Part shown: piece after piece, positions 18,935-27,702 of the stretch
How the letters are laid out: every line of letters starts with the position of its first letter
How positions within the stretch are numbered: position 1 is the first letter of the stretch
The notes under the pieces: generated by a model
Databases searched by the model: none
Told to the model about the DNA's origin: nothing
Seen by the model: the letters and a program-made list of their open reading frames with translations, nothing else
NCBI GenBank assembly: GCA_043814055.1
Contig: JBDRKL010000004.1
Location: 80,518 to 144,517 of the forward strand
DNA: 64,000 nt
Source: an archaeon
GTDB lineage: Archaea; Undinarchaeota; Undinarchaeia; Undinarchaeales; JBDRKL01
Direction of reading: 5' to 3'
Program-made: the position numbers and the translations under genes

Positions 18935-20671
18935 ATGAGACTCGCAATAGTAGATAATGATCAGTGCAACCCTGAAACCTGCGGAGGCTTTCTCTGCGCC
19001 AGGGTATGCCCTGTGAACCGCGCCAAGAAGGCGTGCATTACTCAAAATTCTGAAATAAACCGGCCGCAGATAAATGAGGACTTGTGCATCGGCTGCGGAA
19101 TCTGCGTGAACAAGTGCCCGGTTGATGCAATCACAATCATAAACCTCGCAGAGGAGCTCAAGGACGATTTGCTCCACAGATACGGCGAGAACGGATTCGC
19201 GCTCTACCGCGGGCCAATCCCAATCAAGAACCAGGTTGTCGGTTTACTTGGTCAGAACGGAACTGGAAAAACCACTGCGCTCCAGATTCTCTCAGGCGAC
19301 CTGAAGCCGAACCTCGGCGCAGAAACTGAAGCGACCAAGGAGCAGCTCAAGGAATTCTTCAAGGGCTCGGAGATGCAGGACTACTTTGAGAACATTGAGC
19401 AGAAAAAGATGTCCTACAAGCCGCAGTACGTTGACCGGATTCCAAAAATGTTCAAGGGCAAAGTCAAGGACTTGCTAAAAAAATCCGACGAGCGCAAAAT
19501 CTATGACAAAATGGTCAAGGAGCTCGGCATGGAAGCGTTCTTGGAAAATGATATCACTGAAATCTCCGGCGGAGAGCTGCAAAAAACTGCGATTGCCGCA
19601 GCGATTATGAAAAACGCTGACATTTACTTCTTTGACGAGCCTTCCTCATACTTGGACGTCAAGGAGAGGCTTAAAATCGCGCGCGCGATTCAGGAATTGG
19701 CAAAGGAAAAACTCGTGATGGTTGTGGAGCACGACCTTGTTGTGCTTGACTACCTCACGGACCTGGTGCACGTATTCTACGGCAAGCCAGCAGCGTACGG
19801 AATAGTGAGCTTCCCCAAGGCAGCGCGGAACGGAATCAACGCATATTTAGAAGGGTTCCTCAAGGAAGAGAACGTTCGCTTCAGGGAAACTCCAATCAAG
19901 TTCATTGTGAAGGGCGCGGAGAAAGGAAAGAAACTTAATCCAATTGTAAATTTTGAAGGGCTCAGCAAGAAGTTTGACAATTTTGAACTCACTGTTGAGA
20001 AAGGAGAAATCCACGAAAAGGAAATTGTCGGAGTTCTTGGCCCGAATGCAACAGGCAAAACAACTTTCATGAAGATGCTCGCAGGGGAATTGAAGTCAGA
20101 CTCTGGCAATTTGAGCAAGGAAATCAAAATCTCATACAAACCGCAATACATCAAGCCAGAAGATGACTTGTTTGTGCGAGTTGCACTTGCAAAAACACCC
20201 CAGAAGCTCATCGCAGACCTCAGCCTTGAAAAGCTACTTGAGAAAAAGCTCGGCCAGCTCTCAGGCGGGGAACTGCAGAGAGTAGCAATCGCGCGGTGCC
20301 TGAGCCAGGAAGCAGACCTTTACCTGCTTGACGAGCCCTCGGCGCACTTGGACGTTGAGCAGCGCGTGAACGTTGCAGACATCTTGAAGCGGGATATTTC
20401 AACCCGCGAGAAGAGCGCAATAGTAATTGACCACGACATAATGTTCCTTGATTACTTGAGCGACAGGCTCATGACATTCCTTGGCGAACCAGGTAAAAAG
20501 GGCGAAGGCAAAGGACCTTACGCAATGGAAGAAGGAATGAACCTGTTCTTGAAGGACTTGGACATCACGTTCCGCAGGGACCCGGACACAGGCAGACCGA
20601 GGTCAAATAAACCTGACTCAGTAAAAGACAGGGAGCAGAAGAAGAGTGGGAATTGGTATTATGTTAAATAA
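18935..20671 (+). CDS. rli: Ribosome recycling ATPase ABCE1/RLI
   Basis: N-terminal Fe-S motifs, two Walker A boxes (GQNGTGKT, GPNATGKT), FRRDPDTGRPRSNK. Confidence 0.97.
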   Translation: MRLAIVDNDQCNPETCGGFLCARVCPVNRAKKACITQNSEINRPQINEDLCIGCGICVNKCPVDAITIINLAEELKDDLLHRYGENGFALYRGPIPIKNQVVGLLGQNGTGKTTALQILSGDLKPNLGAETEATKEQLKEFFKGSEMQDYFENIEQKKMSYKPQYVDRIPKMFKGKVKDLLKKSDERKIYDKMVKELGMEAFLENDITEISGGELQKTAIAAAIMKNADIYFFDEPSSYLDVKERLKIARAIQELAKEKLVMVVEHDLVVLDYLTDLVHVFYGKPAAYGIVSFPKAARNGINAYLEGFLKEENVRFRETPIKFIVKGAEKGKKLNPIVNFEGLSKKFDNFELTVEKGEIHEKEIVGVLGPNATGKTTFMKMLAGELKSDSGNLSKEIKISYKPQYIKPEDDLFVRVALAKTPQKLIADLSLEKLLEKKLGQLSGGELQRVAIARCLSQEADLYLLDEPSAHLDVEQRVNVADILKRDISTREKSAIVIDHDIMFLDYLSDRLMTFLGEPGKKGEGKGPYAMEEGMNLFLKDLDITFRRDPDTGRPRSNKPDSVKDREQKKSGNWYYVK

Positions 20672-21818
20672 TCACATGCTTATACACAAACAACCCGCTC
20701 AAAATCTTCGGCGCAAAAAAAGTTGACTTCTCTGGCATTACAATGTTTGAATCTTCCAAGCCTGCGTTTGCAACTTCCATTAATTCTTCAATTGAAACTG
20801 GGTGCAGCGCAATCGCAGCATCATACTTGCCCCCGTCAACAACTTTCTTCATTGTGTCAAGCTCGGACTCTGCGTAGTAGTCAAAGTGCGCGTGGTCCAT
20901 AATCATGTCGTGCGTCAGCTCAAACACTGGGTAAACTTCCCTTTCAAGAATGCTTGAGTCAAATTTGCCAACAACATCGTCAGGGACTTCCTTTGCATTC
21001 AGCAAATAGGACTTGCCACCTGAGTAGATGCAGAACTGGTGCTTCTCCGGGGTCTTGAACTCGTTAGTCTCTTCGAGCTCAAACCTGTCGCTTACTTCGT
21101 CAAACTTTTTCACTCCAGTTACCACGCGGTTGTACGCCTGAATCTTGGCCTCTTCAACAATGTACGCCAAAAAGTGCGTCTGGTTATTCTTCAGCGAAGT
21201 GTGATATCTGTGGTGCCCGTCCGCGATATAGAGGTTGTTCTTGCCGATGAGCTCCTTGAGCTTTTTGCCTTCTGCGCTGTTCTCCTTGACGCGGAAAACT
21301 CTGTTCTTTATCCCGTTCAGCTCGCTCTGCCCGCCAAAGTCAGATGTGAACTCATACTCTGGCTCGTATTTTGACTTAATCTCCTCAAGCACTGAGCTGA
21401 TTGGGGACTTGGTCAGCAAAAACACAGGGCCGAATGAGTAGCCAGTGGTTCGCCTAAGCTTCAGCCTGCCTTGGACTTTCTCGTCAAAAGTTTTCTCGTG
21501 CCGGATAATCTCGCCTTTTGAGTAATCGCTAACAGCCGCGGCAACGAACACGCCGGTTCGCGTCTCGTTCCCATAGCGCTGCTCGTAAACATAAAAACAC
21601 GGCTCGTTATCCTCAATGAGCGCCCCGCGCTCAATAAGCTCCTCAAGCGCGCCAACAGGGTGGGAGCCGAGCGTGATGTGAAATAATGAATTCTCTCTCT
21701 GCTGCAAAAATTTCTCCAGCTCTGTGCCTGGCTTTATTACGTCATATGGCGGGGCAGTGACCTCGCCGACTTTTTCCTTTGAAGGCCTAAGGCCTGTAAG
21801 TCCAATTATCTCTACCAT
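20664..21818 (-). CDS. DUF1015 family protein
   Basis: APPYDVI, IIRHEKT, YIADGHHRY, MPEKSTFFAPK. Confidence 0.92.
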   Translation of the reverse strand: MVEIIGLTGLRPSKEKVGEVTAPPYDVIKPGTELEKFLQQRENSLFHITLGSHPVGALEELIERGALIEDNEPCFYVYEQRYGNETRTGVFVAAAVSDYSKGEIIRHEKTFDEKVQGRLKLRRTTGYSFGPVFLLTKSPISSVLEEIKSKYEPEYEFTSDFGGQSELNGIKNRVFRVKENSAEGKKLKELIGKNNLYIADGHHRYHTSLKNNQTHFLAYIVEEAKIQAYNRVVTGVKKFDEVSDRFELEETNEFKTPEKHQFCIYSGGKSYLLNAKEVPDDVVGKFDSSILEREVYPVFELTHDMIMDHAHFDYYAESELDTMKKVVDGGKYDAAIALHPVSIEELMEVANAGLEDSNIVMPEKSTFFAPKILSGLFVYKHVII

Positions 21819-21869
21819 TTCTCAATGCACCTCGTGGCGCTCTATCCGTTCAAGTGGTTTAAATATATT

Positions 21870-22229
21870 TCACTTCCCAACAGTCATAACCAGTTCTTCT
21901 TGCTCAGCAATTATCTTGTTCATGTTGTCGTTTGACAGCTTTTGGTCGAGCTTGATAAGCAGTTGAGCGTATGGATTCCTCTCGTTTAGCTTGTACATTT
22001 TCGCTCTTCCCACGCAACGGGTGTGCTTTATGAGCCCGACTTCTATGAGCCGCGGGATGACCTCGTGTAGCGTGGTCCAGCCAACTTCTGCGCCTTCCTC
22101 TATGTCCGAGAGCGAGTAGTCCAATCCCCTGCCGAGTATTAAAAGGTCAATAACCCGTATGGTTGGCGAATTCCCAAGCGCCTTTGTTAAAAAAGTTTCT
22201 TCATATGTCATATTTGTTTCCATACACAA
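21870..22229 (-). CDS. Winged-helix (ArsR-like) DNA-binding protein
   Basis: GNSPTIRVIDLL..DYSLSDI..TRCVGRAKMYKLN. Confidence 0.8.
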   Translation of the reverse strand: MCMETNMTYEETFLTKALGNSPTIRVIDLLILGRGLDYSLSDIEEGAEVGWTTLHEVIPRLIEVGLIKHTRCVGRAKMYKLNERNPYAQLLIKLDQKLSNDNMNKIIAEQEELVMTVGK

Positions 22230-22272
22230 CCTCCTATTTAAATGTTTGTTTTTAGAGCTTTATTATTCTTTT

Positions 22273-22548
22273 TTAGAGTATTAGTTTACTGTCAATTTCC
22301 TCTTTAATTTCCTTAATGAAACGCGGATTCAATGAAACGTGGTCGTCTTCAACTGTTTTCTTTAGCATAATTTTTCTCTCCTTAACTAGGTCTGCTATGG
22401 CTCTTTTAGTCTCTTTTGATCCTCGGTTCTCCCGCGGAATCTTCTTTAGCATGTTCACGACACTTGTATGAGCCCCGCCCCACTTGCCTCTACGGTCCAA
22501 AGTTTCCAGCACGATTCGTCTCATCAAGCAATACTTTTCATAGTCCAT
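22273..22548 (-). CDS. Small basic hypothetical protein
   Basis: 91 aa, KWGGAHT and HVSLNP motifs; directly upstream of the HTH gene. Confidence 0.7.
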   Translation of the reverse strand: MDYEKYCLMRRIVLETLDRRGKWGGAHTSVVNMLKKIPRENRGSKETKRAIADLVKERKIMLKKTVEDDHVSLNPRFIKEIKEEIDSKLIL

Positions 22549-22608
22549 ATCGCCCAGAGCTTCAGATGAATATATAACCTTTTTTTAACTCTACTAGGTT
22601 TGTTGAGC

Positions 22609-23580
22609 ATGAACATCCTCGGAATTGAGTCCACAGCGCACACCTTGGGAATCGGTGTCTGCACAGATGAAGGTGAAATAATCTCAAGCGAGAAGATTAC
22701 ATACATTCCGGAGTCTGGCGGCATAGTGCCGCGCGAAGCAGCTGAATACCAGGCAGACCATTTTAAAGAAGTTCTTGACAAGGCAACTGAGAAAGGTGGA
22801 TTGGATGAAATCGACGCGTTTGCATTCGCGCAGGGACCTGGTCTCGGACCGTGCCTCAGAATCGGAGCCACAGCCGCCCGCTACTTATCTGAAGTTTACA
22901 AAAAACCGCTCATCGGTGTTAACCACTGCGTTGCACATATCGAAATCGGCAAGCTCGCAACAGGAACAAAAGACCCGGTTGTGCTTTATGTCTCAGGCGG
23001 GAACACGCAGGTCATCGCATACTCCGGCGGCAGGTACAGAGTCTTTGGGGAAACCTTGGACGTTGCAGTAGGAAACTGCCTTGACCAATTCAGCAGAGAA
23101 TTAGGTTTACAGCACCCAGGCGGGCCAAAGATAGAAGCGCTCGCGCTTGAGGGAAAAAATTACATTGAGCTCCCCTACGTTGTGAAAGGAATGGACTTGT
23201 CATTCTCAGGAATACTAACTTCGGTCAAGAACAAAGTGAAAGACCACAGCAAGGAAGATTTGTGCTACTCGTTCCAGGAAACCGCGTTCGCAATGCTCAC
23301 CGAAGTCACTGAGCGCGCAATGGCGCACACAGAGAAGCAAGAATTGCTCGTAACAGGCGGGGTCGCGGCTAACCAAAGACTCGCGGGAATGCTCGGCACA
23401 ATGTGCAAAGAGCGCGGCGCAGAGTTCCACGTGGTTCCAATGGAGCACGCCGGCGACAACGGTCTGATGATTGCGTGGACAGGAGCAGTTATGCTCAAAG
23501 CCGGGCTAACAACTGAGCTTAAGGATTCAAAAATAAATCAAAGGTTCCGCACAGATCAGGTTGATGTTACTTGGATGTGA
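22609..23580 (+). CDS. kae1: t6A synthesis protein Kae1 (KEOPS)
   Basis: LGIESTAHT, GPGLGPCL, VNHCVAH, YVSGGNTQ, DNGLMIA. Confidence 0.97.
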   Translation: MNILGIESTAHTLGIGVCTDEGEIISSEKITYIPESGGIVPREAAEYQADHFKEVLDKATEKGGLDEIDAFAFAQGPGLGPCLRIGATAARYLSEVYKKPLIGVNHCVAHIEIGKLATGTKDPVVLYVSGGNTQVIAYSGGRYRVFGETLDVAVGNCLDQFSRELGLQHPGGPKIEALALEGKNYIELPYVVKGMDLSFSGILTSVKNKVKDHSKEDLCYSFQETAFAMLTEVTERAMAHTEKQELLVTGGVAANQRLAGMLGTMCKERGAEFHVVPMEHAGDNGLMIAWTGAVMLKAGLTTELKDSKINQRFRTDQVDVTWM

Positions 23581-23583
23581 TTC

Positions 23584-24039
23584 TTATTTTATCTTGCCAC
23601 TCTTAAGCAATTTCTCTATTTCCTTTTTCACTTTGTCAGGCTGTTTCTTATATACCGCACTGCAGACAGTCAGCTCAGACAATCTGCACTCTACTGCAGT
23701 TGCTTGTATTGCCGCTAAGACATCTCCTTTGTTGTGCTCCTCAAACGCAGTAAGTATCTTGGAGTTAAATCTTTTTTTTGGCTGCGGGTTCCGTGTTGAG
23801 GGGCGCGTATTATTCTTTTTTATAGGGCTATCTGGAATTTCGCCTGACTTTATCCTTGAACTAATGCATGCAAGTTCTCTGCGCTCGTCCTTAGTAAGCA
23901 TTGAGCGCACAGCTTTGCAAACATTAAGGGCGCTGACTCCACACTCTTTTGAAGTATTGATAATCGCAGTTTCCAGAGTATTAGTTGCCATCTGCTGCTT
24001 GTACTCTTCACGTACTAATACTGGCCACGTTATTCTCAT
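23584..24039 (-). CDS. Hypothetical protein
   Basis: 151-aa ORF overlapping the dCMP deaminase operon; no recognised motif. Confidence 0.6.
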   Translation of the reverse strand: MRITWPVLVREEYKQQMATNTLETAIINTSKECGVSALNVCKAVRSMLTKDERRELACISSRIKSGEIPDSPIKKNNTRPSTRNPQPKKRFNSKILTAFEEHNKGDVLAAIQATAVECRLSELTVCSAVYKKQPDKVKKEIEKLLKSGKIK

Positions 24040-24045
24040 ATTATG

Positions 24046-24573
24046 TCACTTCTCAACCTTCTGCAACTCAACACCGCAGTCCTTCATAATCTTCTCAGCC
24101 ATCAAATCCGGATAGCCGTTCTCATAAATTAGCTTTTTAATTCCGGCATTAACTATCATCTTCGCGCAAACTGAGCACGGAGTGTTCGTGCAATACATTG
24201 TCGCGCCTTTGATTGAAACTCCAAACACCGCTGACTGAATAATTGCGTTCTGCTCAGCGTGCAAGCCAGTGCAGAGCTCGTGCCGCTCTCCGCTCGGAAC
24301 TTTCAAATCGTCGCGCAGGCATCCGATTTCGTCGCAGTGCTTCATCCCTTTTGGATTACCATTGTAGCCAGTTGTGAGGATGTGTTTGTCTTTCACAATC
24401 ACTGCGCCGACCATCCTGCGCGGGCAGGTTGAGCGCTCTTTCACAAGGTGAGCCATCTTCATAAAATATTCATTGCTTGACGGTCTCCCCTTAGTTTTAC
24501 CACCCTCGGTCTCAGCCCAGCTGCCTTTGGACATGAATTCTTCTAGTTTTTCCTTGTAGTTTACTTCAGCCAT
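24046..24573 (-). CDS. dCMP deaminase / ComEB family cytidine deaminase
   Basis: [28 protein letters not shown]. Confidence 0.93.
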   Translation of the reverse strand: MAEVNYKEKLEEFMSKGSWAETEGGKTKGRPSSNEYFMKMAHLVKERSTCPRRMVGAVIVKDKHILTTGYNGNPKGMKHCDEIGCLRDDLKVPSGERHELCTGLHAEQNAIIQSAVFGVSIKGATMYCTNTPCSVCAKMIVNAGIKKLIYENGYPDLMAEKIMKDCGVELQKVEK

Positions 24574-24690
24574 TTCAAACTCCCCAATCGCACAGTGTTT
24601 GAAATAGACACAAAGCTTATTTTACGTATAAACTTTGTGTCGTATGTCTCCCGAAGCAAATAAAAGGTTAGGAGTTTATTAAAGTTTGCT

Positions 24691-24735
24691 ATGAACAAAT
24701 TCCTCAAGCTCGGCGCAGAGGCAAAGAATGATTAG
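24691..24735 (+). pseudogene. Displaced 5' end of bud32 (MNKFLKLGAEAKND*)
   Basis: KFLKLGAEAK identical in amino acids to bud32 residues at 25290-25319, differences only at third codon positions. Confidence 0.85.
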
Positions 24736-25291
24736 GTCATCTATTATAGCGGAAAAGATTTGGGAATATCTTAGGGATAACTTGGGTAAACTCAAAGACA
24801 AGTACACAAAGCCCAATGACAGAGTAGAACTGGTAAGAGGGATAGTGAAAGAAATCGGCACAAATGCTCGCACAGTAAACCCCTTCTTCAGTTACCTCCT
24901 TCAGGCTCCGCAAAAAGGTTGGAAAGTAAAATGGGGTTCCTTCTTCAAGAGAATGCATGAAGAGGATGTATTTTTCTTCTTGCAGTTGTCCCTTTTCATT
25001 TACAAGATTACTAGAGGGGGGGCGAGAAAATCAGGTGTGGTTTCTGCAATAGGCCTTGGGTATACGTTCAAAGCAACAGGCAGGGAACTTGACGACGTGT
25101 ACAAAACCGGTGCCACAGGGTTTATCTACAGTTACATACGAAAAAATGGCAGCATAACTGTTCCGGATGACTGCACAAAAGTGCAGGCCTACCTGAAGGA
25201 TCAGTACCAAAAGCACGATATAACAACAGTGCTTTCAACAATTACAACACTACTGCTCTGTGGGAGTATAGAGGTGCAGGGTGCAAAGTAA
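24728..25291 (+). CDS. Hypothetical cargo protein inserted in the bud32 5' end
   Basis: 187-aa AT-rich ORF between two copies of the bud32 N-terminus. Confidence 0.7.
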   Translation: MIRSSIIAEKIWEYLRDNLGKLKDKYTKPNDRVELVRGIVKEIGTNARTVNPFFSYLLQAPQKGWKVKWGSFFKRMHEEDVFFFLQLSLFIYKITRGGARKSGVVSAIGLGYTFKATGRELDDVYKTGATGFIYSYIRKNGSITVPDDCTKVQAYLKDQYQKHDITTVLSTITTLLLCGSIEVQGAK

Positions 25292-25877
25292 ATTCCTAAA
25301 GCTCGGCGCAGAAGCGAAACTCACCCGAAAAGGCGACAAGCTCACAAAGGAGCGCATCAAGAAAGGGTACCGCCTGAAAGAAATAGACGAGCCGCTCAGA
25401 AAACAAAGAACCGCGCGGGAAGCGAGCCTGATGGACAGGGCAAGGCGAGCCGGAGTTCTAGTCCCAAAGATTTACAAAGTTGACAAGGAAAAAATGAGCA
25501 TTGAAATGGATTTCCTTGAAGCGAAGCGAATTGACCAGGTTCTGACTGAAGAGCTCTGCGCGCAAACAGGAGCTGAAATCGCAAAGCTGCACGATGCTGA
25601 CATAATCCACGGCGACTTGACAACTTCAAACATCCTTGTGAAAGAAGACGGCATTTACTTCATAGACTTCGGGCTCGGCGAAGTTTCAAAAAGCATTGAG
25701 AAGAAAGGCGTTGACCTGCGCGTGTTTAAGGAAGCAATCCGCGCGACAAAAGGCGAGGAAGCTGACAAGTACATAGACGCGGCGATGAAAGCGTATGTGG
25801 AAAATTCAGAATCCGGCGCAGAAGTTTTAAAGCGCTTGGAAAAAATCGAGACAAGAGGCAGGTATAAAGAGCGTTAA
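25281..25877 (+). CDS. bud32: KEOPS kinase Bud32
   Basis: GAEA, KERIKKGYR, HGDLTTSN, IDFGL, RGRY. Confidence 0.95.
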   Translation: MQSKFLKLGAEAKLTRKGDKLTKERIKKGYRLKEIDEPLRKQRTAREASLMDRARRAGVLVPKIYKVDKEKMSIEMDFLEAKRIDQVLTEELCAQTGAEIAKLHDADIIHGDLTTSNILVKEDGIYFIDFGLGEVSKSIEKKGVDLRVFKEAIRATKGEEADKYIDAAMKAYVENSESGAEVLKRLEKIETRGRYKER

Positions 25878-26689
25878 TCTGAATTGTCTTTGTCTATTCC
25901 GCACTTCAAAATCATCTTCCTATACTTCTCCGGTTCAGCAAATTTTTCAGTCAGTTCCAGATACTCTCCCACCAGTTCTTCACGCGCCGGCGCCTGACCT
26001 TTTTTAAGCCTGTCAAATATCGCAGGGTCTCGCACAGCTTCCCGTCCTATCATAACTCCTTTCACTCCCATGTTTTTTAGAAACTCCACCTGCTTTTTTG
26101 TGTGTATGTCGCCGTTCGCGATTATGTTTTTTCCTGTTTCCACGCACTCTTCATAAACTGAAAAATCAGCAGGCTCCGCGCTGGTCTGCGTGCCGTGCCT
26201 TGCGTGGACCACGAAGAACTCTGCGTCAACTCCACTAATCAGATTCAGGTAAACCTTGTTCTCCTTGTCCCTCTGATTTAGGCCGAGTCGCATCTTCACA
26301 GATGCCTTGAACCCGTGGTCCCTAAACATATCCAACAGTTTCTTGGTCTTTGCCACGCGCCTAACCAGCGCGCACCCCTGCCCTTCTCTTATTACTTCAG
26401 GGCTCGGGCAGCCAAGGTTGAGGTTGAACCCCTCAAAACCTTTTGGCGGCTCAAACATAGCGAGAAACTGCGTGAACTGCGACTCGCTGACTCCAAGGAG
26501 CTGGGCGACCACAGGCGTCTCGTCCTTGAAATCAAGGCGGGACCAGGTGAGCTTGTTCTTCCGCGCGAGCCCGCCTACTTTTACCAGCTCTGTGAATGTG
26601 AGGTCAGCGCCGTGCCTGTGGCAAAGCGTTCTGAACGCGTTGCTGGTGATACCCTCCATCGGAGCCAGCATATACTGGAATTCATTCAT
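25874..26689 (-). CDS. dus: tRNA-dihydrouridine synthase family protein
   Basis: LAPMEG, NLGCP, KMRLG, VHAR, ANGDI, MIGR. Confidence 0.92.
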   Translation of the reverse strand: MNEFQYMLAPMEGITSNAFRTLCHRHGADLTFTELVKVGGLARKNKLTWSRLDFKDETPVVAQLLGVSESQFTQFLAMFEPPKGFEGFNLNLGCPSPEVIREGQGCALVRRVAKTKKLLDMFRDHGFKASVKMRLGLNQRDKENKVYLNLISGVDAEFFVVHARHGTQTSAEPADFSVYEECVETGKNIIANGDIHTKKQVEFLKNMGVKGVMIGREAVRDPAIFDRLKKGQAPAREELVGEYLELTEKFAEPEKYRKMILKCGIDKDNSD

Positions 26690-26827
26690 GCCAATAACTT
26701 GAAACGCGGATTATATAAGGTTTATACCGGCGCAGAAACAGCAGAGCGCTGTATAAATCAATGTATAATCTCAAAGAACCGCCGCGTCCCAGATAAGTAT
26801 TTAAGCAAAAGTTTTCATAGATATTTT

Positions 26828-27541
26828 ATGAAGGAATTCGATGTGTTGCCCTGCCCAAAGTGCAAAGGTTATTCTCTTGAAGGGGCTAAAATCCAGGTTA
26901 AGGATGGCAGGATACGCATAGTCCACACGGACTGCGGTGGCCGGCCCGCGGTTGCTGTAACCAAGATTTCCAAAAACGTTTTGTTTGAGCTCAAAACCTG
27001 TTTGAAAGATTTCAAGCTTTCAAGCAAGAAGGGATTTGAGCAACCAGGACTGGAGCTCTGGTGGGATATCTTCTCCGCTGTCCTAAACTCACTAAGTTCT
27101 GAAGTTTTCAAAGAAAAAGGGGAGTACGCGGAAGAGAAGGCTGTAATACTCATTAAAACCATACAAATGGCTGAGAAGTATCTGTGGAGTTATGTAGACC
27201 TAGACCCATCGCGTATTCGAGAAATCAATCAGGACAATTATAAAAAATTCCGGGAAGGTATGCTGAAGCAAATGTCAGAGTTGCTTGGTGAGTCGGTTGA
27301 AATTGATACCGATGTAATCCGCGCCAGGGTCAAAGAGTTTGCAGACAATAAATTCAACCCTGAGAGCATTACCGATTGGTGGAGATCTGACTTTCGCATC
27401 GTAAGGCAGTTCATCTTAGATGTAAAAGAACTCGATATGAATTCTGCTGGAAAATCAGAGCTCATATCTTATCTCCTTATTATGGAGATGTACTACGGGC
27501 CTATCCTTGCCTATGATGAAATAACAGTGCAAAGTAAATAA
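26828..27541 (+). CDS. Hypothetical protein with N-terminal CxxC...HxxC Zn finger
   Basis: In-frame ATG at 26828 downstream of the divergent dus start; CPKC...VHTDC. Confidence 0.7.
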   Translation: MKEFDVLPCPKCKGYSLEGAKIQVKDGRIRIVHTDCGGRPAVAVTKISKNVLFELKTCLKDFKLSSKKGFEQPGLELWWDIFSAVLNSLSSEVFKEKGEYAEEKAVILIKTIQMAEKYLWSYVDLDPSRIREINQDNYKKFREGMLKQMSELLGESVEIDTDVIRARVKEFADNKFNPESITDWWRSDFRIVRQFILDVKELDMNSAGKSELISYLLIMEMYYGPILAYDEITVQSK

Positions 27542-27702
27542 TGGTGCACTATGAGTTGCTTTAGCAGCCATGTGCTAATATAGGTTCTATAGCGCAAAGA
27601 AAGGTAATTATAAATAAGCACCAAGCTCGGCGCAGAGACGTGGAAGTGCGGCAGGTACAAAGAAAGATAGTTTATAAATAGTTCACTCTACATTATTTTA
27701 TT

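Noticed and set aside
26315-26827. N-terminal 171 aa of the 408-aa ORF
   Set aside because: Antisense shadow of dus plus its promoter; true start most likely ATG 26828
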